Assembly: GCA_964036045.1 (NCBI GenBank)
Contig: OZ038379.1
Coordinates: 2,356,001-2,420,000 of the forward strand
DNA from: Eutreptiella sp. 'Long Island Sound 2002'
Taxonomy: Eukaryota; Protista; Euglenida
Length of the DNA: 64,000 nt
Direction of reading: 5' to 3'
Shown: positions 1-10,546 of the stretch, one piece after another
Layout: each line of letters starts with the position of its first letter
Position numbering within the stretch: position 1 is the stretch's first letter
Made by a program: the position numbers and the translations under genes
Notes under the pieces: model-generated
Seen by the model: only the letters and a program-made list of their open reading frames with translations
Told to the model about the DNA's origin: nothing
Databases searched by the model: none

Positions 1-325
1 GTATGGTAAAACTTAATAGAAATTTTCTATTTTTAATCAGTAAAACTAAAAACTTTCCTTAAAAATTTGTAAAACCTTTTTTTGTTTACTAAATTTTACC
101 TCGTTTCTACTGAGTTTTACCACATTTCACGAAGTTTTGCCTCGTCTGGTACTAAGTCTTATCAAATACCTGCGTGCATCCGGGCGGTCCATGAGGACAC
201 TCACAGTTTATCTTTTTTTTTCCCGTACAAAGTTGAACACCGCTCTTAGCAACCGCCCGAGTCGCCCTCCAACTGCCGTTGATTACTCTCCGACAGCCGT
301 CTGTTACCCCCCAATAGCCGAAAGA

Positions 326-375
326 CTTCGGTTGGTTGAGAGGTCAGAGCACGTGGCTCCTGCACCCAGGGCTTT
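326..375 (+). repeat. tRNA-derived SINE-like head, degenerate copy
   Basis: CTTCGGTTGGTTGAGAGGTCAGAGCAcgTGgCTCCTGCACC closely matches the copy at about 1208-1270. Confidence 0.4.
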
Positions 376-576
376 GCATGCAGGGACTCCCAAGGCTTTA
401 GCGTTCGGTGATGGTCATGACGTTTGGGGGAATACTGAAAAGCCCACCATCTGCCAAATCAGGCAGGCCATGGTAAATCGATTCAGCTTCTTCTTCAGCT
501 GCGTGAAAGGATGGAGAACGGGGCTGGTCATATTGCATCGGAGTCAAGCAGTCTTTGTGGAATATCCCCTGCTCAA

Positions 577-1078
577 CAGTCCCCCCCCCCCCCCCTGAAA
601 GTAAGACCGGGGGTCTTACTTTCAGTCCGGCTGGTCCTGGGTCCCAAGAGGGGTCTTACTTTTGGGGGGGGTCTTACTTTTGGGTTCATCCACTTTGCTG
701 TCACGTCACCTTTCCCGACACAGAAAATGTCTGAGCCCATGCTTTTAGACGACCCGCAGCTGGAGGAAACTGACACCATTGACGAGGTAGAGTCATCTGA
801 TGACTCAGAATTTGAAGTTGTTGAGTTCCTGAAGAGGCACCTATCCGGTTGCCCTCTTTCAAAGCAAAGCAGAAACCTATCACCTCGTGGTTCAAATCTG
901 AGTAAATATGTGACAGATGATCGTGGATTGTATGAGTGGTAGACCAAAATGTGTTGCTGCCGTGCAGGTGCCACTAAGGGGGTCTTACTTTTGGGACGGC
1001 TGGTCCTGAGCCTGCAAGGGGGTCTTACTTTTGGGGGGTCTTACTTTTGGGGCGGGGTCTTACTTTCGGGGGGGGCTG
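577..1078. mobile_element. MITE, pogo/Tigger-like termini
   Basis: Left end CAGT(C)n-TGAAAGTAAGACC and right end GGTCTTACTTTC(G)n-CTG are inverted repeats. About seven internal GGGTCTTACTTT subterminal copies. No TSD recognised. Confidence 0.65.
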
Positions 1079-1207
1079 GGGGGGTTTAGGGCAAGTCGGA
1101 TTTTTCAGCGTGGGTGGGGGGGCACCTGCCTGTTCAGGTCCAGGCCACTGATGCGTAGAGGAGGTCGCTGTGTGGTCAGGAGCAGGGGAACGCACCTCTA
1201 ACAAAGA

Positions 1208-1270
1208 CTTCCGTTGGTTGAGAGGTCAGAGCATATGACTCCTGCACCAATGGTTCAAGGTTTGAATCCC
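1208..1270 (+). repeat. tRNA-derived SINE-like head (Arg-CCT-like, degenerate)
   Basis: A-box-like GGTTGAGAGGTCAGAGCA, then GACT-CCT, then B-box-like GGTTTGAATCCC. It does not fold as a complete cloverleaf. Confidence 0.45.
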
Positions 1271-3149
1271 AAGATTCGAGGGTCCCACTTGACCGGCACC
1301 GGGAGTAAAGCTACACCCTCCGAAAACTCCCAAATACCCCATGGTTCCAGGTTCGAACTGGGGATGTGCTTAGGGCTTGGCCTAGCCTAGGGGGGGGCAG
1401 ATGGGTGGGTGGGTATTTGGGAAATTCTGGGTGGGTGGGTAACAACCCTCGTTGTCTGCGTACTTCTCCTCCCTGGTGCAACCGATGCCCCATGTGAAAC
1501 ATGAAGATGTAATCGTTGTATTACTTCATTTTGGCCCCAGCCCCCCTACTGTGGACCCGTCTCCCCTCCCTGCTCAAGCGAGACCCTGCCCCCCCCCCCC
1601 CCCCATGTTGTGCGGGCAGGGCCGGAGAAGGTGGAGCCCAAGGTGCTTGACGAATTTTTTTTCCACATTCTGCCTTTGGGTCAAGTTGCGTGGTGGGTTG
1701 GTGAGTCCCCAACAGCCACCCTGCACCCCACCCCACCCCCCAGGCCTGAGGGGGCAAACTTTGGTGATGGTCCGGACGTCCGGAACTCTTTTGGGCGGAC
1801 CATCACACACCTGCGGCATCGTGTATTTGGGGACGACAATGGCCCGTTACCAGGCCCAGTGCCCACGGGGTCACTGACTGCAGTGACCGCAATCCAGTGT
1901 GCGGCCCTGGCGAGATCCATCTTTGTCTGCCCTCCCCACCATCGAGTGCCTAAATTTTCGTTTTTTTTGGCAACGGTGCCCCCCCCCCCCCCCCAACGAG
2001 CACCCCCCCTCCCGGGACATTTTGGGGTCCCTAGGTGTCCCCCAAAATCCGGGTGGTCGGGTCTCTGAATTCCTCCCCATCCCCCCCTCCCCCATGGTAG
2101 ACAAGCACATCCTCGGTTCAAACCTGAGGTTTGACACTGATGAGTTGGAAACCTGCCTCACGGCGTGCTTGCGGGCTGGCCTCAGAAACAGGAACCATGC
2201 CCCGGAACACCCTCCCCTAACTCCCTCACATTCCCCTGCTGGCAGCAGCACAGCACAGGGACCAGGCCTTCAGTGTCAAGTCGCCAGGTCCACAGCCCTC
2301 GCGTGCCCCTGCCGGTGCCCATGCCCCTGCGCAAGCTACGGGTTGTCCAGCCACCCCCCTGGTAGGGACCGTAGTTGTCAGCGTACCTGGGTGTCCCATG
2401 GACAAGGGGGCAGGGATGGTGTTGAATTCCGATGGCCTGTTCCATCCCTTTTCCGTCCATGTCCCTCTTGGGCGCACTGATCGCCACTATCGCCGTTGTT
2501 GTGTTCCAGGATGTTGCCATTCAGAGTTGTCTGAGCGCCGCCATCCAGATCTGCGTACTGGTGACCCCTGTGATAATCATGGCGGGCTTCGTCTCAGGCC
2601 ATCACTTGTCCCTCCGGTTTCGATCCTTTGACTCAGCATTGGCCATTATGGCGGTGGTTGTGGCAAAGTTTTCAATGGGCAACACCAGAATTGTGTGGCT
2701 TTTAGGTCTGTGCCGTGTTGTGGGGCTTGTGCTGCCGTGTCCTTGTGTGAACTAGGCTGTAACCCTATCCTGGTGTGACTGAGCCCCCTCCCCCCAATTC
2801 CCTGGTGAAGCCAAGGGGCAGATGTAAGCAGGTCAGCCTCGGATGCCAGCCTGCATCATGGGGTCCCCCCATCCCCCCCCCCAACACAACGGATGTGTAC
2901 TGGCCACTGCCGCATGGTGTACAAACTCCCACCTTCAGCATCCTTTGGGGCATCAGATCTCCCCCAGGGCTGAACTGCATCCCCCAGGGCATCAAGACCT
3001 CTTCCACCACCTGTTACTGGTGGCTGAAAACCGGTTTTAGTAGCCATGCTAGCGGTTGCAACCTCATTGTAGTGTAGTAGGGAGCGGGAAGAGGCAGCTG
3101 GGGCAGCACTGACAGTCTCCGTGAAAGGGGGCTGGGGTCAAGGGGCGTA

Positions 3150-4514
3150 CCCCCCCCCCCCGTGTCCAAGAACCACCTTGCGCAAGAACCAACCCCTGGT
3201 TCCGTGGTCAAATTCTCGCATCACTTTTTTTACCAGGGTAGTTGGTTTTTCATGTTTCTGGTGGATGTAGGACAGCTATTCAGGTGTGCAGGACATCATT
3301 TCATGTGTGTTACTATGGGTCCCCCCATCAGGGGGGACCCCATCAGTCACTCACAGGCTCATGTTTGCTTTTGTACCACCTCTTCCATTCCTTGTTATGT
3401 ACCATAGACCTTCCCATGTACACTGCCGGTGAGTCTGTCTTCTATCAGCGATCTGATGGCTCTCTTGTTCCAGCCACTGTGTTGGGTCCTGGTGCCCAGT
3501 CTGAGACAGCGCAGATTGAGTACAAACGCAATGAGCGTATGGTGAGGCACCCAGCTGCTTTAATTGCCAACCTCTCGGTCCCATTCCCACGATCCCCGAT
3601 TCTCCGGAATGCGACAGTGCACCAAGTCGGTCCCCATCCCCACCCCCAAGGACACGACCAATGGAGCGATCTGCCAAACGACGTGCACGGCATTCTGCGC
3701 CCCCCAGTGTGCGACCTGTCCAGATTCAACCGGAGATTACCAATTTCTTTTCTGCGGCGCCTGTCCAGAAGCAAACAGAGATCACCAACTTTTTTGGGCC
3801 CAATGCTTCACTCCCCACCAGTGGCAGTTCTGCACAGGACATTGCACCCACAATCGTTGTCCGCACGGAGCCGGCAGTTCGCAAGCGCAGGCGGTCACGA
3901 GCTGAAACCGATGGGGCGCCAAAGCGTGTGCATTTCGATGTACGTCGCAAATTGCGTTGTCCGGCGTACGCTGACAAGCACGGGCCACGCGAGGCAGCAC
4001 GCATCTACAAAGTGGGGAGCCACGGTTCGGTGTGTAAGTGGGACGACAGACGCAAGGCGTTGGAAAAATTGGCGAAAAAAAAGGGCACGGCAAAGAGTCT
4101 TCACCCCGGCAAGCAATTACGGTTTCATGAACTGGAGGGGGAGCTCCGAGCGTGGATTGTCAAGCGAATTCAGGATGGTGTATCACAGGAAGAAGGGTTT
4201 CACGTCTCAGCCAATTGAACAGTAGATCATCCCATGCATGTTGGAAGGCACACTACAGCCCAGTCAGCTGCGATTCACTCCTTTGGTGTTCATTTGTCAA
4301 CGTGGTTAACTGTGGGAAAGGAGAGGGCACGCATGTCCCGGCGCAACGCGCCGGAAAATTTTTTTTCCGCGGTACGGGGTTGCCCACGGCTGTGCGCAAG
4401 AACCAACCCCTGGTTCCGCGGTCAAATTTAGGGGGAAAAGTGTGCGCAAGAACCAACCCCTGGTTCCGCAGTCAAACATTGCTGGTTCTTGGACACGGGG
4501 GGGGGGGGGGGGGG
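3150..4514 (+). mobile_element. Non-autonomous pogo-like DNA transposon
   Basis: TIRs (C)n-GTGTCCAAGAACCA and TGGTTCTTGGACAC-(G)n. TA precedes the left end but is not seen at the right end. Three subterminal copies of GCGCAAGAACCAACCCCTGGTTCCG (about 3180, 4394, 4444). Contains a truncated transposase. Confidence 0.8.
3416..4218 (+). pseudogene. Truncated pogo-like transposase: Tudor-like N-terminus, two PIP boxes, Brinker-type DBD, start of CENP-B-type HTH; DDE domain absent
   Basis: ATG at 3416 (MYTAGESVFYQRSDG...) with a frameshift near 3575 into the 3661 frame. Motifs QPEITNFF, QTEITNFF, KLRCPAYADKHGPREAARIYKV...W and FHELEGELRAWIVKR. Confidence 0.7.
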
Positions 4515-4699
4515 ACAACATCCCCCTTCACGCACAGGAGGGGTGTGAGTGGGGATGTTGTGACAGTATATGCCTACTAGGATACGAAAGGACGTTTTTT
4601 TTGCAGTTTGTCGCCTTGCCAAGGGCCGCTCAAAACCCGTGCCAAAAGATGCGAAATGACTGTTTCCACCAATAATGGTTTACATGAGTAAATGGGCCG

Positions 4700-5360
4700 G
4701 TGAATGGTGCACAACCTGCTCATGCAGTTTTTCACCTTGGACAACTCAAAAATTGAAGTTTTTGAAACTTTTTTTTTGATATCGTGATCACTTAAATTCA
4801 CTATCCAAGGTATGTAGAGCATGTTTGAGGCCGTATTCATGTGTTTTTCACCTTATTTGGGTATTGGGCGCGGGGGGGGGGGGGGTGTCTCCCAAGGGTG
4901 GTACACAACCTGCTTATGCAGTTTTTCAGCCTGTGCAGCTCCAAAATCGAAGTTTCCGAAACTTATTTTTTTGATACCATGATCACCTAAAATGACCATC
5001 CAAGATATGTAAAGCATGTTTTAGCCCGTATTTATGTAGTTTTTACCCTATTGGGGTGGGTGTTGCTTGGGGTAGATTCTCTGCGAGGTGGACTTGCCGA
5101 AGGCAATAGAATTTTCAAAGTGCGACTTTTTCCAAAACCCTTCTGTTGCCCCTGGGATGGGTTTGGGTGATCATTTGGTATGGGTACTTGAGCACCCAGT
5201 AGACCCACAAAGTGGCCGCTGGGCCTACGTAGCCCGGGCCATGCCCCCCCCCCCCCCACCCCAAAAGCCCCAACGGTGCTATTGTGTAGGTTTTTTTGTT
5301 GGCACCTAAAAGTTTTTCAAAATTCAACTTTTTCCGAAACCCTTCTGTCGCCCCTTGGAG
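4700..5360. repeat. Interspersed repeat family with internal duplications; related copies in opposite orientation at about 26690-28160
   Basis: CTCTGCGAGGTGGACTTGCCGAAGGCAATAGAATTT is the reverse complement of sequence near 27095. The GGGTGATCATTTGG motif recurs. The CAACCTGCT(C/T)ATGCAGTTTTTCA block is duplicated. Confidence 0.6.
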
Positions 5361-5509
5361 CTGTCTTGTGTCAACCACTTGGATGAGTCAACCGCTTGGA
5401 TGGAAAATGGCAGAATGCTTGAGTTACATCCGACTGCTTGAAATGCTCAGTTCACCTCCACCTCTGTGCAAAAGTGCCACACTTGTGCAATGCCACGCTA
5501 CATGAAATA

Positions 5510-5790
5510 TCAAAGAAGCCACCACGAAATAACAACAAGCATCCAAAGCCTCCAGGAAATAGCAGCAACCACCCTAAAGCCTAGATGAAAAACCAACAAG
5601 CATCCCGAAGCCTCCAAAAGTAACAGCAAGCATCCAAGAGCTTCCAGGAAATGACAGCAAGCATTTAAAAGCCTCCAAAAACAACAACAAGCATTCAAAA
5701 GCATCCGAGAAATGACAGCCAGCATCCTGAGGCGTCCAAAAAATAGCAGCAAGCATCCCAAGAAATGACAACAACCATCCAAACGCCTTT
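5510..5790. repeat. Degenerate minisatellite (AGCAAGCATCC...AGCCTCCA.GAAATGACAGC)
   Basis: About seven imperfect tandem units. Reverse-oriented relatives at about 8940-9012. Confidence 0.65.
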
Positions 5791-5808
5791 AGGAAAATGT
5801 TTGCGGCT

Positions 5809-5908
5809 GTTGTTGTTGTTGCGGTTGTTGTTGTTGTTGTTGCGGTTGTTGTTGTTGTCGTTGTGTGGTGGTGGTGGTGGTGGTGGTGGTGGTGGTGGTG
5901 GTGGTGGT
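5809..5908. repeat. Compound microsatellite (GTT)n-(GGT)n
   Basis: Direct reading. It explains the spurious poly-His/Thr/Gly/Trp ORFs in the track. Confidence 0.95.
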
Positions 5909-8900
5909 TTCTGGTCAAAAAGATGCGGCTGTGGTCCTCCTTGCCCTTTCCCCAATCCTCCTGGCATCCTCCACACATGGGCTTCGAGGACCGCAGACCC
6001 TCTGCTCGAGCACAGAATCATTGGGAACCGCCTTGCCTACGGCACTGCGACCATGGGCAAAATGCCTGGGAAGGCACTGCCCCACCGATGTGTAACGCTT
6101 GGCCATCTGGAACCCCCTGGCCGAGGCCTGTACTTGATGTGGGGCTGCCCAAGGCCTGCGCCTCCCCATGGAAATGGCTGTCGCTTCTGTCCGCCTCTTA
6201 TTGCCCTCCAACCGTTTTGCAACCGCCAGCATGGCTACTGCAACCGGTTTCCAGCCGCCAGTGACTGCTTTTGCGATCGCTCATGAAACCTCCCTTCATC
6301 CCCCCGCCCCCCTCTCGAGCGCAGCCCTGACCCCCTCCCCCAACAGTAAATGTCAGTTACGCTACAACCGTCTACCTCCAGCGTCAACTGCGGCTACACC
6401 GCCGCCTCCTGCTCCCCGACGGCCTCCTCAACCGTTTCACGAAGCGTTAGCCGCTCTGCGCCCCTCTCCTCCAGGGCTGACAACACGGATCAAGACCCAG
6501 TGCCATACACAACACCCATGCCACCCCCGAACATGTTGACGCACATCCTCCTTGTCCTTCAGGTTACATGCTTTATATTTTGTATGGGGCATTTGCAGCG
6601 CTCGATTACTTGGAACCCTTACCTTTCCACGTCACTGCGCAGTGACGGCCATTGGCTGCCTCACCCGCCAATCCCCTGGTCCTGTGGCCTCGTTCGTCAC
6701 AGACGTGTGGCAAGGAATCCCAAATGTGGGCGTGGTCGGCTGCTGGGCACCGGCAACGGAGGAATTTTGTCCCTGTGGCTGGGCCCGTGAGCTTACCTCC
6801 GGAGGACCTCGCACGGCTGTAGGGTCGCCCGTGGTCTGGTTCACACTGTTGACTTGGACCATGGCCTGGGGGGTGTTCGGGTGTTTGGGTTCCGCGGAGG
6901 AGCCGGGGGTGGTAGGTACCAGGGCTCTGCTTTGAGGAATGAGATTTTTCTTTTGTTTTCTTTTGCAACAAGGAGGGCGTAAGATCATCGGTTGCGGGAT
7001 TTGGTTAACCGACGGCGGTTGACACTCAACCGGGAAGTTGTGCGCTTAACCGACGGCCAACCGACGCTGGTTGGCAGGTAATCGGCTGCTTGCGCTCTGC
7101 TGAGGCCCGAGGGTCCAGGCGGTCGACACTTTTTTATGTTTCCCCCCCATGAACGACAGCCCTGTTAGGCACCCATGCTGCAGCCAGGTGCCACATGGCG
7201 CGAGGCTGCCGATCCAAGGGGCTTTGAGGATGGAGCAATGTATTCTGCGCCCACACGGTGCTGATGAAGGCTGACCGGGGCTGTCCTGAAGACCCCAGGT
7301 CTTTTCGCCTTGAACTAAGGACTGCCCTCTGAACCTCAAGCGGCACAAACACTGCTGCCAAAGGATCGGCTTTCCACCGCACGCCTTCGCAATACACACC
7401 TGAGCGCATGAAACTCCCCCCCCCCCCCCCTCTTGTGCTCCCACACCTACGCGCATCCCATCCCCCCGGGCCACCATACTCCTTTTTGACTGATGGTTGG
7501 AGGATAGGTCACAGCAGAATTGCTTCCCCCCAGTGCGTTAGCGGGTTAGGACTGGGCGCCATCCCTCCCCTGCCCACCCTGTGTATTGCAGCGAAACCCT
7601 TCTTTTGACCATCCTTTCGCATGAGCGTCCAGCACTTTAAAAGACGCCTACCCTTCCCCCCAGTGCCCCCCCCCCCCCCCCCCACACACACACTACTGGA
7701 GGAGGATGATGATACCTTTTCCAGTGCATGGGAGGGCCTCTTCTGAGATCTCCCACATCTCTCATTTTCATTTCAGGTTCGGCCTCCACTGAAGGGGTGG
7801 TGCACAGCCATAGAGCGATCCTTGCTCCCATATAGAATCCAATATGGCTGCAACTGCAATGCAGCAACTGGGCCCCCCTCATTAGATGCCACAGAGCACG
7901 CACGCACACACACACACACACATACACATTCAGTCACTGGCCTTCCCCATGTACTTCACTCCACTGGGTCCTTGCCTCCCCGCTGACTACGGCCGGTACC
8001 TCACATAAGCCCACGCACCATCCGGGAGCGTGCTGCGTGCAGCATAGACCCACCTGGCTGCAGTTTTGGTATTTCTGGAGGGGACGAATGCTCTGTGGAA
8101 CAGCCTGAAGCGCCGGCATTTGATTGCCAATCGACGTTTGATCTCCCGCAGGTCCAGTCTGGACGCGGCTCGTTTTGCCTGTTGAATTTAAGACGGTTGT
8201 GGTCCACCCGAATCCCATAATTGGTCATGGGCGGGGGGGCTATATCCACCGCCCGGGGGGGGGGGGGGGCGCTATGCCTTGCGTGCACACACAGGCTGGC
8301 TGGGGGGCGTGGTGATTGCTTTGACGACAACAGAGAGCTCCCAGGGACGCCCTTTGTTGGGCATGTGTCGACGGATGTCAGTTTGCTGACCCTCCCGATG
8401 CATTTTGCACTGTGCCTCCACATCCCCAATCCCCAGCCCTCCCCCTTCCCCCACACAACGGAGTCGTCCTCGCAGCTATCGGCCCCGGCGTTGTCCAATA
8501 CAATGCGTTGGGTCGCAGTCCTGGTGGCATCGGTGGCACCGATGCAGACGACGGCTCATACCCTAAGACGCGTTCTCCACAATGCACACCGTGAGGTGCG
8601 GTGCGCAAAGGAATCCCCCATGGGCAGGTGCAGACATTGCACCGGGGTTGGGGCAGGGTTTGAAGGGGGGGCTCCCCCCTTCAGGGCGCCGTTCCACCTG
8701 CTTTCAACTGCCCCCGACTGCCCTGCTACTGTTCGTAACCGCCAGCAGTCGCCCGACAACCAATGTTCCAACTGCCAGAAACCGCTTTTGCTGGAGTGGC
8801 AACATTTGGTGCTGAGGAAATTTGGCACCTATTCTTAAATCACTGCAAACTTGGTAAGAACTTCCCAGCTTTTGGCACAAGAACAAGCATAGACCGTGAA

Positions 8901-9965
8901 TGTTGGTTGTTATTTCCCATTGGCCATTGGTTGGTTGCTGTTATTTCTTCCTTCTCGGCTTCTCGATGCTTGCTGTTATTTCCTGGAGGCCTCTAGATGC
9001 TTGCTGTTATTTCGGACCTTACACTGCCATGGCATAAAATTTGGCACACTTCTGCTGTGCCAGGTTTTGCCACTTCAAATCTCGCCTATTCCTCGTGCCC
9101 CCCCCCCCCTCTGTTACATTAACGTCTGGTTGTCCTCTGTTGTTTGAAGATGTTGGCAATTACAACCCCCCAGTGAATCCCCAGTAAACTCGAGAAACCA
9201 CCCAGTAAATCTCCAGTAGTTCCCGGTAACCCCTGTTGCAACGCCTCCTTGGTATGAGGAAGCTTCGACGATTGCTAGAAACTCGCGATCATGCATGCCA
9301 TGCCCCCAGGCAGCCTCGGCAAAACCATGACATGTTTGTCTTCACCTGCATGCTCAGCCATGCATCTCCCCTTGCTGATGATTGATTCAATACTTTGGGA
9401 AGCTTCTGAGTGAGAAGTGCACAAGGTTGCCAGCTCCTCTGCTTCTTGGGGGTTGTAGGGGTTGGGGCTTGTGGGGGGGTTGTGGGGACTCTGGGGGTTG
9501 CATGGGTCATGGAGGTTGGAGCACGGCATGTCGACGAGATTGAAGATTGTGTAGAGATTGATGTGTTGCAACTCGAAGGGTTTGGGGATTGGGTTAAGGA
9601 TCTCGTGCCCCTCCTCCGTCCTGTTTTTCTTGAATTGAATGGCATTTCGCCAAATGCCCCGCATTGCCCAAACGACGAAAATTTACTGAAAACAGGAACA
9701 GATACATCGACGCATAGCTGATGAAGTGGTTCTTAGCTTGTTGTTGAACTAAGTTTTACCGACCGAGAACATATCCAGATCGTCAGACTTGGGGGATTGG
9801 GGGGGGGGGGGGGGGGGCTGCGTGGGGTACGGGGGTTGCTTGGGGGGGGAGGGGGGCTGGAAAGGGTTGGAAAATTTTGTATATGCACTGCAAAGGGGAG
9901 TTTCAGGCACCTTGCGTGTGCGGTGCAGCGCTCATATTGGGGTTTTGCTGTGATACCCACCAGAC

Positions 9966-10546
9966 CAGGCTTCGTTTATAAGAGCTATTTTGCAATGGGG
10001 GGGGGGGTCTGGGTGGGTGGGTCTTCAGCCGGGTGGGTGGGTCTAAAGCTCTGGACCCCCCCCCCTCTTATAATTCTGAGGGTTTTCTGGGTTGGGCTCC
10101 TGCCACACCTTCTTTCTTTGGTCACAGGAGCCTTGTCTGGCTGTTTGCTGGTGCCCCTTTCTGTTGTGTCGTTGTGCAGGTGGCAGGTGTGCAGGTGGCA
10201 ATTTTTCACATGGCGGACTTTTTTTTGATAACATGTTAAACCTGTGGACCCTTTGTTGCACAATGCTGTCAGAGCTGGTTGGTAGCCCAGTTGTCAAGGA
10301 ACGTAACTGCAATTCCAAAGATCCCTAGTTCAAACCCTGGTGTTGTGAAGTTTTTGGTGTGTCACCCTTTGGGGATGCCTAACCCGGGAGCGCCTTGGCT
10401 TCAATTTGGTTCACAAAAAATGCTCCCCACAGAATTATAAGAGGGGGGGGGGGTCTGGGTGGGTCAAAAGTTGGGTGGGTGGGTCCAAAGTTGGGTGGGT
10501 GGGTCTTGTCCAAAATACCCCCCCCCCCTCTTATAAACGAAGCCTG
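9966..10546. mobile_element. hAT-type MITE
   Basis: Perfect 19-bp TIR CAGGCTTCGTTTATAAGAG / CTCTTATAAACGAAGCCTG, flanked by the 8-bp direct repeat CACCAGAC (9958-9965 and 10547-10554). Confidence 0.85.
10276..10346 (+). pseudogene. Degenerate tRNA-Cys(GCA)-like sequence inside the hAT MITE
   Basis: GGTAGCCCAGTTGT (A-box-like), anticodon-loop-like CT-GCA-AT, and T-arm-like GATCCCTAGTTCAAACCCTGG. Stems are poorly paired. Confidence 0.5.

Noticed and set aside
2128-2200. CTGATGAG-TTG-GAAAC resembling a minimal hammerhead ribozyme core
   Set aside because: Stem II does not close (G..G), stem III pairs poorly and there is no complement for stem I.
5574-6286. ORFs with poly-His, poly-Thr, poly-Gly and poly-Trp tracts
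   Set aside because: They are translations of the (GTT)n/(GGT)n microsatellite.
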